Assembly: GCA_049325595.1 (NCBI GenBank)
Contig: JBMOLF010000012.1
Coordinates: 1 to 64,000 of the forward strand
DNA from: Candidatus Babelota bacterium
GTDB taxonomy: Bacteria > Babelota > Babeliae > Babelales > Vermiphilaceae
DNA: 64,000 nt
Reading direction: 5' to 3'
Below are positions 48,916 through 58,798 of this stretch, piece after piece; the stretch's first letter is position 1, and every line of letters begins with the position of its first letter. The position numbers and the translations under genes were made by a program. Below the pieces are notes generated by a model. That model was not told where the DNA came from and searched no databases. It saw nothing but the letters and a program-made list of their open reading frames with translations.

Positions 48916-49596
48916 TTATTGGGATTTATCGTTAACTCCTAACAACTCTTTTAAAGGTATTTCTTGATAACTATTTACTATTAAATGTGCTTTTTCAGTT
49001 TGATAGGGGTTGCCACTGGTAGTAATGCCAATACAAAACATGCCAGCATTTTGTGCAGCTTTAATGCCATTTGCAGAATCTTCTATTGCTATGCATTCTG
49101 TTGGGTCAACCATAAGTTGTTGAGCGGCATGTAAATAAATTGCTGGGTTAGGTTTGCCAATATTGTTAACACAAGATATGCCATATATATGCGTATCAAA
49201 AAATTTATTAAGACATAAGCTTTTTTGAGTAATAGCCAATGTTGCATCGTTAGCATTGGTGGCTATCCCCATTTTAAGGGAAAAAGCACGAGCTTGTTGA
49301 TGAAATTCGGTAAAGCCATTAATAAAGCAAAGGTCATTTTGATAAAATGAAAGGGCCAAAGCTGTTTTTTCAGCAATAAGTTCGCTTACTGATTCTGAGG
49401 CATTTATGGTTTGTTTGATAAGACTGCAACTTTGAAAAACATCCAATCCGCTTAGTCGCTGGTGTAATGCTTGTTGTGCCTCAAAGGATAAGGTAATTCC
49501 TCGTTTTGCAATAAGGGTTGCTGTTGCTTTGTGCCATAAATGTTCCGTATTGACAATAGTACCATCCATATCAAAGATAATAGCTCGAAATTTCAT
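48916..49596 (-). CDS. HAD family phosphatase (beta-PGM/CbbY-like)
   Basis: FDMDGT, ATN, KPNP, IEDSANG. Confidence 0.92.
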   Translation of the reverse strand: MKFRAIIFDMDGTIVNTEHLWHKATATLIAKRGITLSFEAQQALHQRLSGLDVFQSCSLIKQTINASESVSELIAEKTALALSFYQNDLCFINGFTEFHQQARAFSLKMGIATNANDATLAITQKSLCLNKFFDTHIYGISCVNNIGKPNPAIYLHAAQQLMVDPTECIAIEDSANGIKAAQNAGMFCIGITTSGNPYQTEKAHLIVNSYQEIPLKELLGVNDKSQ

Positions 49597-49689
49597 ACAG
49601 TTTTCCTTATTGCTATAGTTGATAAATCCGTGTTTGTGGGTAACCTATTTATCAAATAGATTTTAGTCTTTATTAACCCGGGCACTATT

Positions 49690-50331
49690 ATGAAAACAAC
49701 CATTTTTTCTCGTTACTCGTTTATATGTAAAACTCTCTTTTTTACTAGTGTACTCAAGCTTGCTTCTTTTTTAAAAGTAAGTTTTGTTATTGGTTCATAT
49801 ATTTCCTTTTTTTCTTTTATGCCCATGATTGCTCCTTTAGCTGGCGCATTTAATGGAATTGCAAGTGCAATGTTAGTAGTTGGTCTTTCTTTTGCATTAA
49901 AAATTATGATGGGCTCCCCTATTTCTTGGGCGTTTCTTGCTTTGGCCGGGATCCCAAGCTTAATGGCATCTTTGGTATGGACAAGACATGGTAGAGTAGT
50001 TGCGTTTGCAGTTCCTGCTATATGTTTAGGGTTATATTTGTCTTGCCCTCAAACAGCAATTTCTTACGCATCTTTGTGGCTAATTCCTATGGCTTTATCG
50101 CTTAAATCTCATAACAATATATTTTTAACTTCCCTTACGAGTACCTTTGTAGCACATGCAGTAGGTGCAGTTATTTGGGCTTATTCAGTACCAATGACGC
50201 ATGCTGCTTGGGTAGCATTAACTCCTCTTGCATTGGTTGAGCGTATTATTTTTGCTGCCGGTATGAGTTTGATCTATTGTGCTATTAAAGCAACAATTGC
50301 TGTAGTAAATGCAAAAAGGTCTATTGCGTAA
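49690..50331 (+). CDS. multi-pass membrane protein
   Basis: Hydrophobic throughout, several TM segments; size resembles an ECF S component (unverified). Confidence 0.65.
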   Translation: MKTTIFSRYSFICKTLFFTSVLKLASFLKVSFVIGSYISFFSFMPMIAPLAGAFNGIASAMLVVGLSFALKIMMGSPISWAFLALAGIPSLMASLVWTRHGRVVAFAVPAICLGLYLSCPQTAISYASLWLIPMALSLKSHNNIFLTSLTSTFVAHAVGAVIWAYSVPMTHAAWVALTPLALVERIIFAAGMSLIYCAIKATIAVVNAKRSIA

Positions 50332-50365
50332 TTATCTATTAAATTCAGGCTTTGTTAGGGGTATT

Positions 50366-51055
50366 ATGATTACGCATCTTGCCTGTATTATGGATGGCAA
50401 TCGCCGATATGCACAGCAAAAAGGGCAATTGGGTTGGTTTGGGCATCGTCAAGGAATTGAATCGGTAAAGTTAGTTGCTGATTATTGTTTGAAAAATCAT
50501 ATTCCTTATCTATCTTTATATGCTTTTTCTCTTGAGAATTTGAATCGATCTGAAATCGAGAAAAATTATTTATTTGATTTACTCATTGAACAGGCTCAGC
50601 TAGGAATTGATCAATTTGTAGAAAAGGGCATACGGATTTGTTTTGCAGGAGAAAAATCTTTGTATCCCAATCATATAGTACCCGTATGTAATGAAATTGA
50701 AAAAAAGACAGCATCAGGTACTCATTTACAGATAACATTTCTTTTTTTCTATGGTGGACGACAAGAAATTATTCATGGCATAAAACGCATAATAAATGAG
50801 GTAAAAAAAGGAATTTTAACAGAAGACCATATTACTGAATCTTCTTTAAAAAATTATTTATGGACTGGTAATATTCCAGATCCTGAACTTATTATTAGAA
50901 CGGGTAAGGTAAAACGGTTAAGTAATTTTTTGCTCTATCAATCTGCTTATAGCGAACTTTATTTTTTGGATTGCTTCTGGCCTGAATTAACTGAAAATCA
51001 TTTAAATGAAGCAATAACATTTTTTAATGCATGTAAAAGGAATTTTGGTCAATGA
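50366..51055 (+). CDS. uppS: undecaprenyl diphosphate synthase
   Basis: HLACIMDGNRRYA, YAFSLEN, YGGRQE, IIRTG, RLSNFLLYQ, RNFG. Confidence 0.95.
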   Translation: MITHLACIMDGNRRYAQQKGQLGWFGHRQGIESVKLVADYCLKNHIPYLSLYAFSLENLNRSEIEKNYLFDLLIEQAQLGIDQFVEKGIRICFAGEKSLYPNHIVPVCNEIEKKTASGTHLQITFLFFYGGRQEIIHGIKRIINEVKKGILTEDHITESSLKNYLWTGNIPDPELIIRTGKVKRLSNFLLYQSAYSELYFLDCFWPELTENHLNEAITFFNACKRNFGQ

Positions 51056-52038
51056 ACTATATGACGGTACTTGGTGAAGGGGCTTGGGGAACTGCTTTTG
51101 CAACATTGCTCGCGAGCAATGGTTATAAAGTAAAATTATGGTGTCACGATCCAGCGGTAGCACGGGTAATTACCACCAAACTTGTTAATGAGCGTTATTT
51201 GCCAGGAATACCATTAAGTCCTTTGATTGAACCAACAATTTTTCTAGAAGAAGCTCTAAGTGCTTCGGAATTTATTTTTGAAGCAGTACCTGTTCCCTAC
51301 ATTCGTGGTTTGGTAGGCAAGGCAAAAAATTATGTTGATCCTTCTCATATTTGGGTGATTTTAAGTAAGGGCATTGAACAAGATTCATTATTTTTCCCGA
51401 GCCAGATTATCGATGACGTGCTTGGGTTTACTGCTCAAAAAGCGGTAATAAGTGGACCGAGTTATGCGTATGACCTTGCTCATCAATATTGTACGGCTGT
51501 TGCATTGGCTGGATCGTCAGAAAACATTGGTCAACGAATACAAACTCTAGTAAGTAACTGTTATTTAAGAGCTTATTTAACTAACGATTTATTAGGAGTG
51601 CAGTCAGGCGGTGCCTTAAAAAATGTGCTTGCCGTGGCAGTAGGGCTACTGGATGGCGCGGGATATGGCGATAATGTAAAAGCTTTTTTAGTGACCCGTG
51701 GTTTTGCTGAGCTGGTTATTATTGCACAATTATTAGGAGGCCAAAAAGATACGCTTTACGGCCTTTCTGGTATGGGTGATCTTATGCTCACTGCTTTTGG
51801 CAAGCAAAGTAGAAATGTGGCAATAGGAAGAGCTTTAGGTCGCGGTGAAAAAATAGATCTTATTAATACCCCTGTTTTACCTGAGGGTATAAAAACAATT
51901 GTTTCGGTAAAGCAGTTGCTCGATAAGCATTCACTGAATCTTCCTATTTTTAGAGGGATTCATGAAATGGTATTTGAAAATAAGCCAATTAAACAATTTT
52001 TAAATGAGTTGATGCAAAGACCACTTGAGTGTGAATAA
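51052..52038 (+). CDS. gpsA: NAD(P)H-dependent glycerol-3-phosphate dehydrogenase
   Basis: GEGAWGTA, SKGIE, SGPS, GGALKNV, GLSGMGDL, SRN. Confidence 0.95.
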   Translation: MNYMTVLGEGAWGTAFATLLASNGYKVKLWCHDPAVARVITTKLVNERYLPGIPLSPLIEPTIFLEEALSASEFIFEAVPVPYIRGLVGKAKNYVDPSHIWVILSKGIEQDSLFFPSQIIDDVLGFTAQKAVISGPSYAYDLAHQYCTAVALAGSSENIGQRIQTLVSNCYLRAYLTNDLLGVQSGGALKNVLAVAVGLLDGAGYGDNVKAFLVTRGFAELVIIAQLLGGQKDTLYGLSGMGDLMLTAFGKQSRNVAIGRALGRGEKIDLINTPVLPEGIKTIVSVKQLLDKHSLNLPIFRGIHEMVFENKPIKQFLNELMQRPLECE

Positions 52039-52063
52039 ATCATACCCAAGCGGCTTTTTTTTG

Positions 52064-52549
52064 TTACAAAATATCTTTCCAATAGGGATCGGGCTTATCT
52101 TCTTGATGTTCTCTGGTAATAATATCTTTAGCAGTGATATTATTTTTAAGGCTAAGACCGCTTTGAGTTTTACCAAAGATTCCTTTTTGTGGACGTAGTT
52201 CCTTTTTTTCCCATGCAAAATATAATGTTCGGTTAGAAGAAGAAGCAAAGGTATACGACTTTATTGCTTGCCGCGCGGTTGCAGGATTTTTGTACTGAAC
52301 AATTAATCGTAAAAAGCCTTGCTCAATATCTACTGTTTTTTGAATTGAAGGAATAACTTTTCCTTTTTTTGCAGGAACCGTAATGCTTTGGAAATAAGTT
52401 TTATTAATTACCGGATCAATTAGTGAGATGATAATTGGATAGTCATCGTGATTACGGATCTCAAAATTAATGCCTTGTTTATATTCAGCTTCGGTCAAAG
52501 CATTAAGTTTGAAAGAAAATAAGGTCAAAATAAATATTATTTTTTTCAT
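52064..52549 (-). CDS. small secreted protein (family C)
   Basis: FEIRNHD, WE...LRPQKG, QSGLSL motifs. Confidence 0.75.
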   Translation of the reverse strand: MKKIIFILTLFSFKLNALTEAEYKQGINFEIRNHDDYPIIISLIDPVINKTYFQSITVPAKKGKVIPSIQKTVDIEQGFLRLIVQYKNPATARQAIKSYTFASSSNRTLYFAWEKKELRPQKGIFGKTQSGLSLKNNITAKDIITREHQEDKPDPYWKDIL

Positions 52550-52554
52550 ACTCT

Positions 52555-53061
52555 TTATTTTCGATTTAATACATAGTCATTTTGTTGCATATTCCAAATC
52601 AAAATATCAAATGGTCGTACATTAAGATTTAAGCTAAGGCCTGATTGGGTTTGACCATTTTTTCCTGTTTGCGGTCTTAATTCATTATTTTCCCATGCAA
52701 CAAACACAGTTTTATTTGGTGCAAAGGTGTAATGTTTAAAAGCTGGTTTATTATTTTTATCAGTATATTCTACTGTTAAAAATAATGGTTCTGTAATATC
52801 TAATCTTTTAGATAAGCTTTGAACTTTGCCAAATATTTTTTTCCCCGGTATTTCTGCTTTCCAAATTATTGCATCTCTCGGACTTAAGATAAATAAAGGA
52901 TCAGCGACATTAACAAGAGGGGTATCTGTTGGTTTTAATGTGATAATAATGGGCTTAGAATCATGATTTCTAATTTCAAATCCTATGTCTTGAGGATTTT
53001 GCCATTCTATTGCTTGTATAGATAAAACCATTAATAAACTAGATAATAAATAGAGCTTCAT
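52555..53061 (-). CDS. small secreted protein (family C)
   Basis: WQNPQDIGFEIRNHD, WENNELRPQ, QSGLSL. Confidence 0.75.
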   Translation of the reverse strand: MKLYLLSSLLMVLSIQAIEWQNPQDIGFEIRNHDSKPIIITLKPTDTPLVNVADPLFILSPRDAIIWKAEIPGKKIFGKVQSLSKRLDITEPLFLTVEYTDKNNKPAFKHYTFAPNKTVFVAWENNELRPQTGKNGQTQSGLSLNLNVRPFDILIWNMQQNDYVLNRK

Positions 53062-53076
53062 TTTTTTCCCTTTTTT

Positions 53077-53562
53077 TTAATCTTGAGGCACAAATATTGG
53101 TAAATCATTTTGAGTTACATTATTGTTCAGGCTCCAACCACTTTGAGAAGTGCGTTGAAAAACTCCTCTTCCTTTTTGGGGACGCAAAGAACCATTTTCC
53201 CAAGCAACAAAAATAGTTTTACCTGGTTGTATAAGATAAAGCCGTTGTTCTGCTTGTTGTGTTCGTGAATTTGTATAATCAACGACAAGACCAAAAATTC
53301 CTTCGTGAATGTCTAATGGATGCTGAAAATGAGCAATTCTGGTTCCTTGTTTTGCAGGAACTACAATATTTTTAAATAAATGTGCTACGGGCGTAACATC
53401 ATTAGGATTTTCTGGATTTTCGGCAACTAATTGTTGTAATGATACCGTAATTGGATATCGATCATGATTTCTAATTTCAAAACCTATGTCTTGAGGATTT
53501 TGCCATGAACGGCCGAATGAAAGATTAGTGAGCAATAGAGTTAAAATAAAAATTTTTTTCAT
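53077..53562 (-). CDS. small secreted protein (family C)
   Basis: WQNPQDIGFEIRNHD, WENGSLRPQKG, QSGWSL. Confidence 0.75.
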   Translation of the reverse strand: MKKIFILTLLLTNLSFGRSWQNPQDIGFEIRNHDRYPITVSLQQLVAENPENPNDVTPVAHLFKNIVVPAKQGTRIAHFQHPLDIHEGIFGLVVDYTNSRTQQAEQRLYLIQPGKTIFVAWENGSLRPQKGRGVFQRTSQSGWSLNNNVTQNDLPIFVPQD

Positions 53563-53577
53563 ATGAGTACTTTCTAA

Positions 53578-54036
53578 TTATTGAATTTTTTTAATACCGG
53601 CTTGGGTAATATTATTTTCTAAGCTAAAGCCAGATTGGGAAGTTTTAGAGAAAATACCGGTTCCTTTTTGTGGACGCAAACTGTTATTTTCCCAAGCTAA
53701 GAATAATTTTCTGCTTGGTGAAAGTTGGTACAGAGCGCGACGAGGTTTACCCTTATCGCTATAAGTAATTTGTATAATATAACCAGGAACTGTTGGATCT
53801 ATATCATAATTAGTATAAGCAGTAATTTTAGATCCTTTTTTGCCAGATATTTCCTGATTATTAACCAAAATATAATCAGGTTTCATAGTTCCTAGCTGCC
53901 ATAGGGTAATTGCAATAGGATTTATATCATGGTTTCGTATTTCTAAGCGTGGCTCGATCATTCCATAATCAGCCTTTAGTAAAGCATTACAGCTCATCAA
54001 TGCCAATAAAGTAATTATTATTTTATGTATCTTCAT
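53578..54036 (-). CDS. small secreted protein (family C)
   Basis: LEIRNHD, WENNSLRPQKG, QSGFSL. Confidence 0.75.
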   Translation of the reverse strand: MKIHKIIITLLALMSCNALLKADYGMIEPRLEIRNHDINPIAITLWQLGTMKPDYILVNNQEISGKKGSKITAYTNYDIDPTVPGYIIQITYSDKGKPRRALYQLSPSRKLFLAWENNSLRPQKGTGIFSKTSQSGFSLENNITQAGIKKIQ

Positions 54037-54056
54037 TGCTTACTCTCCTTTTATTA

Positions 54057-54860
54057 TTATTTTTTTTTAGCTTTTTTACTTTTTTTTGTAGTTGATAAAC
54101 TTGATTGCAATGCAGCAACTAAAGTGTGATCTTCTTTAGGTTTTGAAATTTTCTTTTTAGCAGCAGTTATTTTTTTTGTTTTTTTACCTGCTTGAGCAGT
54201 TTGAATAGCTTTTATTAATTTTGCTATAAAGGTATTTTTATAACCGCTAATATCAAAAGAATTAGTGGATAACTGAGTTATTAATTGTTGTGCTAGGGTT
54301 AATTCTTTACTTCTGGCTTCCAGTTTTGATTTTTTTATTTCTGGAATTGGCTTTATCTCATAAGCAAAATTTAAAGTTGATAATAATAATATATTTTCAT
54401 GGGCACTCAAAGCACAGACATGATCACGTTCGTGCATTACAAAATGTCCAATGGCGACTTTATTAGTTTTTATCATAGCATGTAACAGAACCCCATAAGC
54501 TTTTTCATGCTTGGCAGTAGGCACTATGTAATAATGATTTTCAAGGTAAATAAAGGGAATTAATGAATGGTCTATAAATTGATCAACATCAATAGTATCA
54601 GTTTTCTCAGGTTTTAGCTTTTTTAAATTTTCTTGCGTGATTATAAAATAACTTCCATCTTTTAATTTAATTCCTTTTACTATCTCATCCCAATTAACTT
54701 CTTTATTGCAATGCTCACACCACCGTTTGTATTTCACCGGTTCTTTGCATTTGGCGCATAATAACTGAAAACCAGGAGCATGAGGACGTACTGCGGTGTA
54801 TAACCGTACTGGTATGCTTACTAAGCCAAATGAGATAGATCCTTCCCAAATAGATTTCAT
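54057..54860 (-). CDS. ku: NHEJ DNA end-binding protein Ku
   Basis: IWEGSISFGLVSIPVRLYTA, EIVKG, basic C-tail, LVAALQSSL. Confidence 0.95.
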   Translation of the reverse strand: MKSIWEGSISFGLVSIPVRLYTAVRPHAPGFQLLCAKCKEPVKYKRWCEHCNKEVNWDEIVKGIKLKDGSYFIITQENLKKLKPEKTDTIDVDQFIDHSLIPFIYLENHYYIVPTAKHEKAYGVLLHAMIKTNKVAIGHFVMHERDHVCALSAHENILLLSTLNFAYEIKPIPEIKKSKLEARSKELTLAQQLITQLSTNSFDISGYKNTFIAKLIKAIQTAQAGKKTKKITAAKKKISKPKEDHTLVAALQSSLSTTKKSKKAKKK

Positions 54861-54865
54861 AATAG

Positions 54866-55327
54866 CTACCTTACTGGATTACGAACTTCACGTACATCAG
54901 CCATTGTTACATTGCGTGACAAATTAAAACCTGAATCAGAAACGCGAGCAGGACAAATACCTTTTCCTCGTTGAGGTCGTATTCTTTCATCTTCCCATGT
55001 AATAAAAATAGTTTTTCCAGGTTTTACTTGATAGCGCTTGAGAGTGGATATTCCTTTTTTAGTTTTATAATGAATGCGTAGTTCATACTGAGATTTAATA
55101 TCTAATTGCTTTGAAAAACTTTCTTGATTTGGTGCAAGACGCTGTTTTTGTATAAGTAGCGCTTTAGTTGGTTTTATTTGATACAAAGAAAAGTAAATGT
55201 CTCCTGGACCTTTATTTTTAAACTCAAATCCTATGTCTTCAGGAGATTTCCAAATTTTGCCAGCAACCGCGGTAATTGAATTGCTCAAATTAATGAGTAA
55301 AAATAAGAGTATCATTGGATACTTCAT
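54866..55327 (-). CDS. small secreted protein (family C)
   Basis: WKSPEDIGFEFKN, WEDERIRPQRG, DSGFNL. Confidence 0.75.
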   Translation of the reverse strand: MKYPMILLFLLINLSNSITAVAGKIWKSPEDIGFEFKNKGPGDIYFSLYQIKPTKALLIQKQRLAPNQESFSKQLDIKSQYELRIHYKTKKGISTLKRYQVKPGKTIFITWEDERIRPQRGKGICPARVSDSGFNLSRNVTMADVREVRNPVR

Positions 55328-55406
55328 GTGCCCCCCTTTTAATATCCCTGCTAAGAAATATTGTTACAGTTTGGCAAATATGAAGTAAATAAATTAATCT
55401 AAAGAC

Positions 55407-55441
55407 AAAAAAAATACCGACAGTAAAAACACTGTCGGTAT
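55407..55441 (-). terminator. intrinsic terminator
   Basis: ATACCGACAGT-6nt-ACTGTCGGTAT with adjacent A-run (U-tract on minus strand). Confidence 0.85.
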
Positions 55442-55460
55442 AGAATTATTTTTTAGTAAC

Positions 55461-56075
55461 TTATTCTTTTAATGATTCAGCATCAAGAAATATTATTGAT
55501 ATTTTTGGGGTGATAGCAGCATTATTTAAATTGGTATCAATAAAGGTGCTAATTATAGAAAGCCATTGTTCAGGTAAGCTTTCATCACCAAGAATTTGTT
55601 GTGCATGGTCAACAGAACGTACAACGAAATTAAACCATTCTTGAGATATTTTGGTATTTTTAAATAAATCAAAAGATAGTACTACGATTTCTGCTGCTTG
55701 GGTATTTTTGCAACTAATAGTTTCAAGATCTAATTCTTGCATAATTAAATCAATAGATGGCTGCATTACAAAGCCCATTGCTATGGCAGATTTGAGAAGA
55801 TTCATTCCTTCATCAAGTAAAGCAGAATCCATATGAGCAGATGTGTTAATTTTATGTTTGAAGTTATCAGCAGATTTTACAAATTCTTGCCAATCGTTAG
55901 ATTCGTTTTGTGGCTTGAAAATATAAAAGGAATGATCAAATCCTGTTGCAATGTTAGATACTTCTTGCAGATATTGCATAACTTGCTCTTTAGTTGGTTC
56001 TTGTTCGTTATTTTCACATGCAATTAATCCATGTGAAAGACATAATAAAGAACTGAGTAAAAGTAGGCGTTTCAT
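55461..56075 (-). CDS. secreted acidic hypothetical protein (possible lipoprotein)
   Basis: RBS AAGGA; signal peptide ending LIAC. Confidence 0.65.
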   Translation of the reverse strand: MKRLLLLSSLLCLSHGLIACENNEQEPTKEQVMQYLQEVSNIATGFDHSFYIFKPQNESNDWQEFVKSADNFKHKINTSAHMDSALLDEGMNLLKSAIAMGFVMQPSIDLIMQELDLETISCKNTQAAEIVVLSFDLFKNTKISQEWFNFVVRSVDHAQQILGDESLPEQWLSIISTFIDTNLNNAAITPKISIIFLDAESLKE

Positions 56076-56173
56076 ATAAATTCCTTTTATGATCTAGATA
56101 GGTATATAATAGATTTGAATTCTTACTAGTCTAACAAAGGTTGCATCTAGCGTCAAAAAGATAGAAAATTATC

Positions 56174-56902
56174 CTATAAAACTCCTAAGCTGCGCAGATC
56201 TGATCGCAATTTTCTTACCGAGCTAAATTTAATTCCTATCCAGCCATTTTTGCTTGCAGCTTCGACATTTTTTTGTTTGTCATCAATAAAAATAATAACG
56301 GTTGAATTATCGGGGTTATAGCGCTGGTTATGGAGTTGAAAAAGACTGTTTTTTGGTTTGCATTCTGATGCGCATTGTATGTGCCCTGTAATACCATCAA
56401 AGATGCTAGTCTGATTGGGAATGCCATAATCTACAATGGTTCCTCCATTCATATAAGAAAAGAGCATATTTTTATAGTAAGAAGAAAATCGATTAACAAT
56501 AATTGGTAAATATATTCTTCCAATATTAGAGGCTATGCGTTGGGTATATCCTTTTTCAGATAGTTCTTTGATCAAAGAAGTTATACCTTTAATAGGCACG
56601 TAGGCATTAGCTACTTCTTTTATATAGCATGCAAGTTGTGTTTGTTTATTTTGTTCAAAATAATGAGCATATGCTTCGGCTGCTATATATTCTTCTTTTT
56701 TTGTAATAGTTTTAATACCAGATCTTAATAATTGAGCATTTTTAATAAGGGTAGAAGAATAACGAAGGGTAATAGCAGCGCATTCAGATTTTTTTTTACG
56801 TGCTATTGTTTCATGAATATCCCATGCAAATTCAATTTTTTTATGAGCAATATCAGCCGGACAAATTCCATGCGGCCAATAAATATGGGTACGTTTTTTC
56901 AT
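56174..56902 (-). CDS. HAD-like protein with atypical motif I (family D)
   Basis: AWDIHET, ASN, KP, IFIDD...NVEAA...GW. Confidence 0.75.
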   Translation of the reverse strand: MKKRTHIYWPHGICPADIAHKKIEFAWDIHETIARKKKSECAAITLRYSSTLIKNAQLLRSGIKTITKKEEYIAAEAYAHYFEQNKQTQLACYIKEVANAYVPIKGITSLIKELSEKGYTQRIASNIGRIYLPIIVNRFSSYYKNMLFSYMNGGTIVDYGIPNQTSIFDGITGHIQCASECKPKNSLFQLHNQRYNPDNSTVIIFIDDKQKNVEAASKNGWIGIKFSSVRKLRSDLRSLGVL

Positions 56903-57021
56903 AGTATTCCACCCTTAGTAGAATGTTTTTTAGTGTGGGTGACCCATATAAGTATATCAAGTTTAGTAAAAATTAAAAAAATAAGAGTTTGTGCAATTGT
57001 ATAGTAGTGTTTTGAATGCTA

Positions 57022-57795
57022 TTAACTTAAAATACCCAGTTCTTGTAAATCAATTCTTAATTTTTTTGTGGTAGTAAAATGAATACCGATCCAGCCATTA
57101 CGGTTGGCAGCTTCGATATTTTTTATTTTGTCATCGATAAAGATTATGATTTTACTATTATTACCATTATAGGTTTGATTATATGTTTTATATAAATCAT
57201 TATGTGGCTTTGGTTGTTTTGCATAAGAAAGTGGTTCTTTAGTTATTGATCGAATATCATGGATTGGTAATCCATAATCTATAATAGTTCCACCATTCAT
57301 ATGTCCAAAAAGCGGACATTTAAATTTTTGTATAAGTCTATTATTAAGAATTGCTAAATGTCTTTTACCAATATTAGAAGCTAACCGATGAGTATATCCT
57401 TTGCTAGAAAGTTCATGAAGCAAAGGCACTATTCCCTTGGTTGGTTTGTAAGCATTGGCAATTTTTTCAATAAACTGTGCTATTTTAGGTTTATTTTTTT
57501 TCCTAAAATGTTCAGCATACGCTTCACCGGCTGCATATTCATTTTCTTTTTTAATTTTTTTAATATCAGATCTTACCATGCCAATATTGCCAATTATGGT
57601 TGGTAAATGAGTTAATGTAATCCCAGCAATCTCCCCTTTATTTTTTTGACAAAGGGTTTCGTGAATATCCCAGGCAAATTCTATTTTTTTATTTTTAAGA
57701 TCTTGAGTAGTTATTCCAGGTGGAAAACTGATTTTTGCATACATGCAATTGCTCAATGTAAGTATGCATAATACTATTTTGTTTATTTTTAACAT
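57022..57795 (-). CDS. HAD-like protein with signal peptide (family D)
   Basis: AWDIHET, ASN, KP, IFIDD. Confidence 0.75.
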   Translation of the reverse strand: MLKINKIVLCILTLSNCMYAKISFPPGITTQDLKNKKIEFAWDIHETLCQKNKGEIAGITLTHLPTIIGNIGMVRSDIKKIKKENEYAAGEAYAEHFRKKNKPKIAQFIEKIANAYKPTKGIVPLLHELSSKGYTHRLASNIGKRHLAILNNRLIQKFKCPLFGHMNGGTIIDYGLPIHDIRSITKEPLSYAKQPKPHNDLYKTYNQTYNGNNSKIIIFIDDKIKNIEAANRNGWIGIHFTTTKKLRIDLQELGILS

Positions 57796-57861
57796 GTTTA
57801 TTACCCCTAATATTTTTGAACATGCTTCAAAACAAACCTTCTTTTTTTTAGAGTATTAATG

Positions 57862-58683
57862 TTATGGCAAAACACCAAGCTTGATTAAATCAGATTTTAA
57901 TTGATGAGCATTTTTAAATACTATGCCAATAAAAGAACCTTGTTTGATTGCTGCTTGGACATTTTCTTTCTTATCATCAATAAAAATAAAAAGTTTGTTG
58001 TTATCTTTATTATATTCGTTAGCATATTCCTCAAAAAAGCGTTGATCAGGTTTGCTTACTCCGCCACTTTTTACCACTTTACCTTCAAGGTTTTGAGTAT
58101 TTTTGGTAAATAAAGAAAAAACATTATTCTTTTCTTGTGATAATTGCTTTTTTAAATGTTCAAAAACAACATAATTTATATTTGAAGCTACACGTAAGGG
58201 TATTTGTTTTTCTGCTAATTGTTCGATAATCCCTGCAACGTGAGTATCAAGTTCCAACGAGTTTGCCATACTTATAAGCAAGCGAACTAATTCTGGGTCC
58301 TTTTCCTGAATGGGCTCTATAAATTTTTCAATCGTAAGTTCGGGAATTTGTATAAAGCCGCCAGCCAAAGGTCGCAGTATCATTTGTGCAAGACCAGCGG
58401 AGGCATGTTTTAATAACGACAAGCTAGTTAAGAAAGAAAATAATTTATATCGTGCTGGATCATTGGTGAGCAGATTAAGTTGTTTTTTTAAACTGCCATT
58501 TAAAATTACTTTATGAATATCAAATGCGCATTCAAGTTGTTCTGATTCATATTTTTCTTTAATGAGCTGCTTTGCTTTTTCAAAGGTCATTGCTTGTGGA
58601 AATAATATTGAGCTTTGAGCGGCACTACATAAAACAGGTATAAAAAGTAGCGTAAAAATAAGTCTAAAATGACGTAAAATCAT
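57862..58683 (-). CDS. HAD-like protein with signal peptide (family D)
   Basis: AFDIHKV, ASN, KPD, IFIDD. Confidence 0.75.
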   Translation of the reverse strand: MILRHFRLIFTLLFIPVLCSAAQSSILFPQAMTFEKAKQLIKEKYESEQLECAFDIHKVILNGSLKKQLNLLTNDPARYKLFSFLTSLSLLKHASAGLAQMILRPLAGGFIQIPELTIEKFIEPIQEKDPELVRLLISMANSLELDTHVAGIIEQLAEKQIPLRVASNINYVVFEHLKKQLSQEKNNVFSLFTKNTQNLEGKVVKSGGVSKPDQRFFEEYANEYNKDNNKLFIFIDDKKENVQAAIKQGSFIGIVFKNAHQLKSDLIKLGVLP

Positions 58684-58798
58684 AAAATCCTCCAGATAAT
58701 GTTAGTATATCAAAAAAGACTTATTTTTCAAAATGTCAATTTTTATTGTATTTAAGTAACTAAATTTTCATTGCTCAGTATGACAAAATCAACTAATT

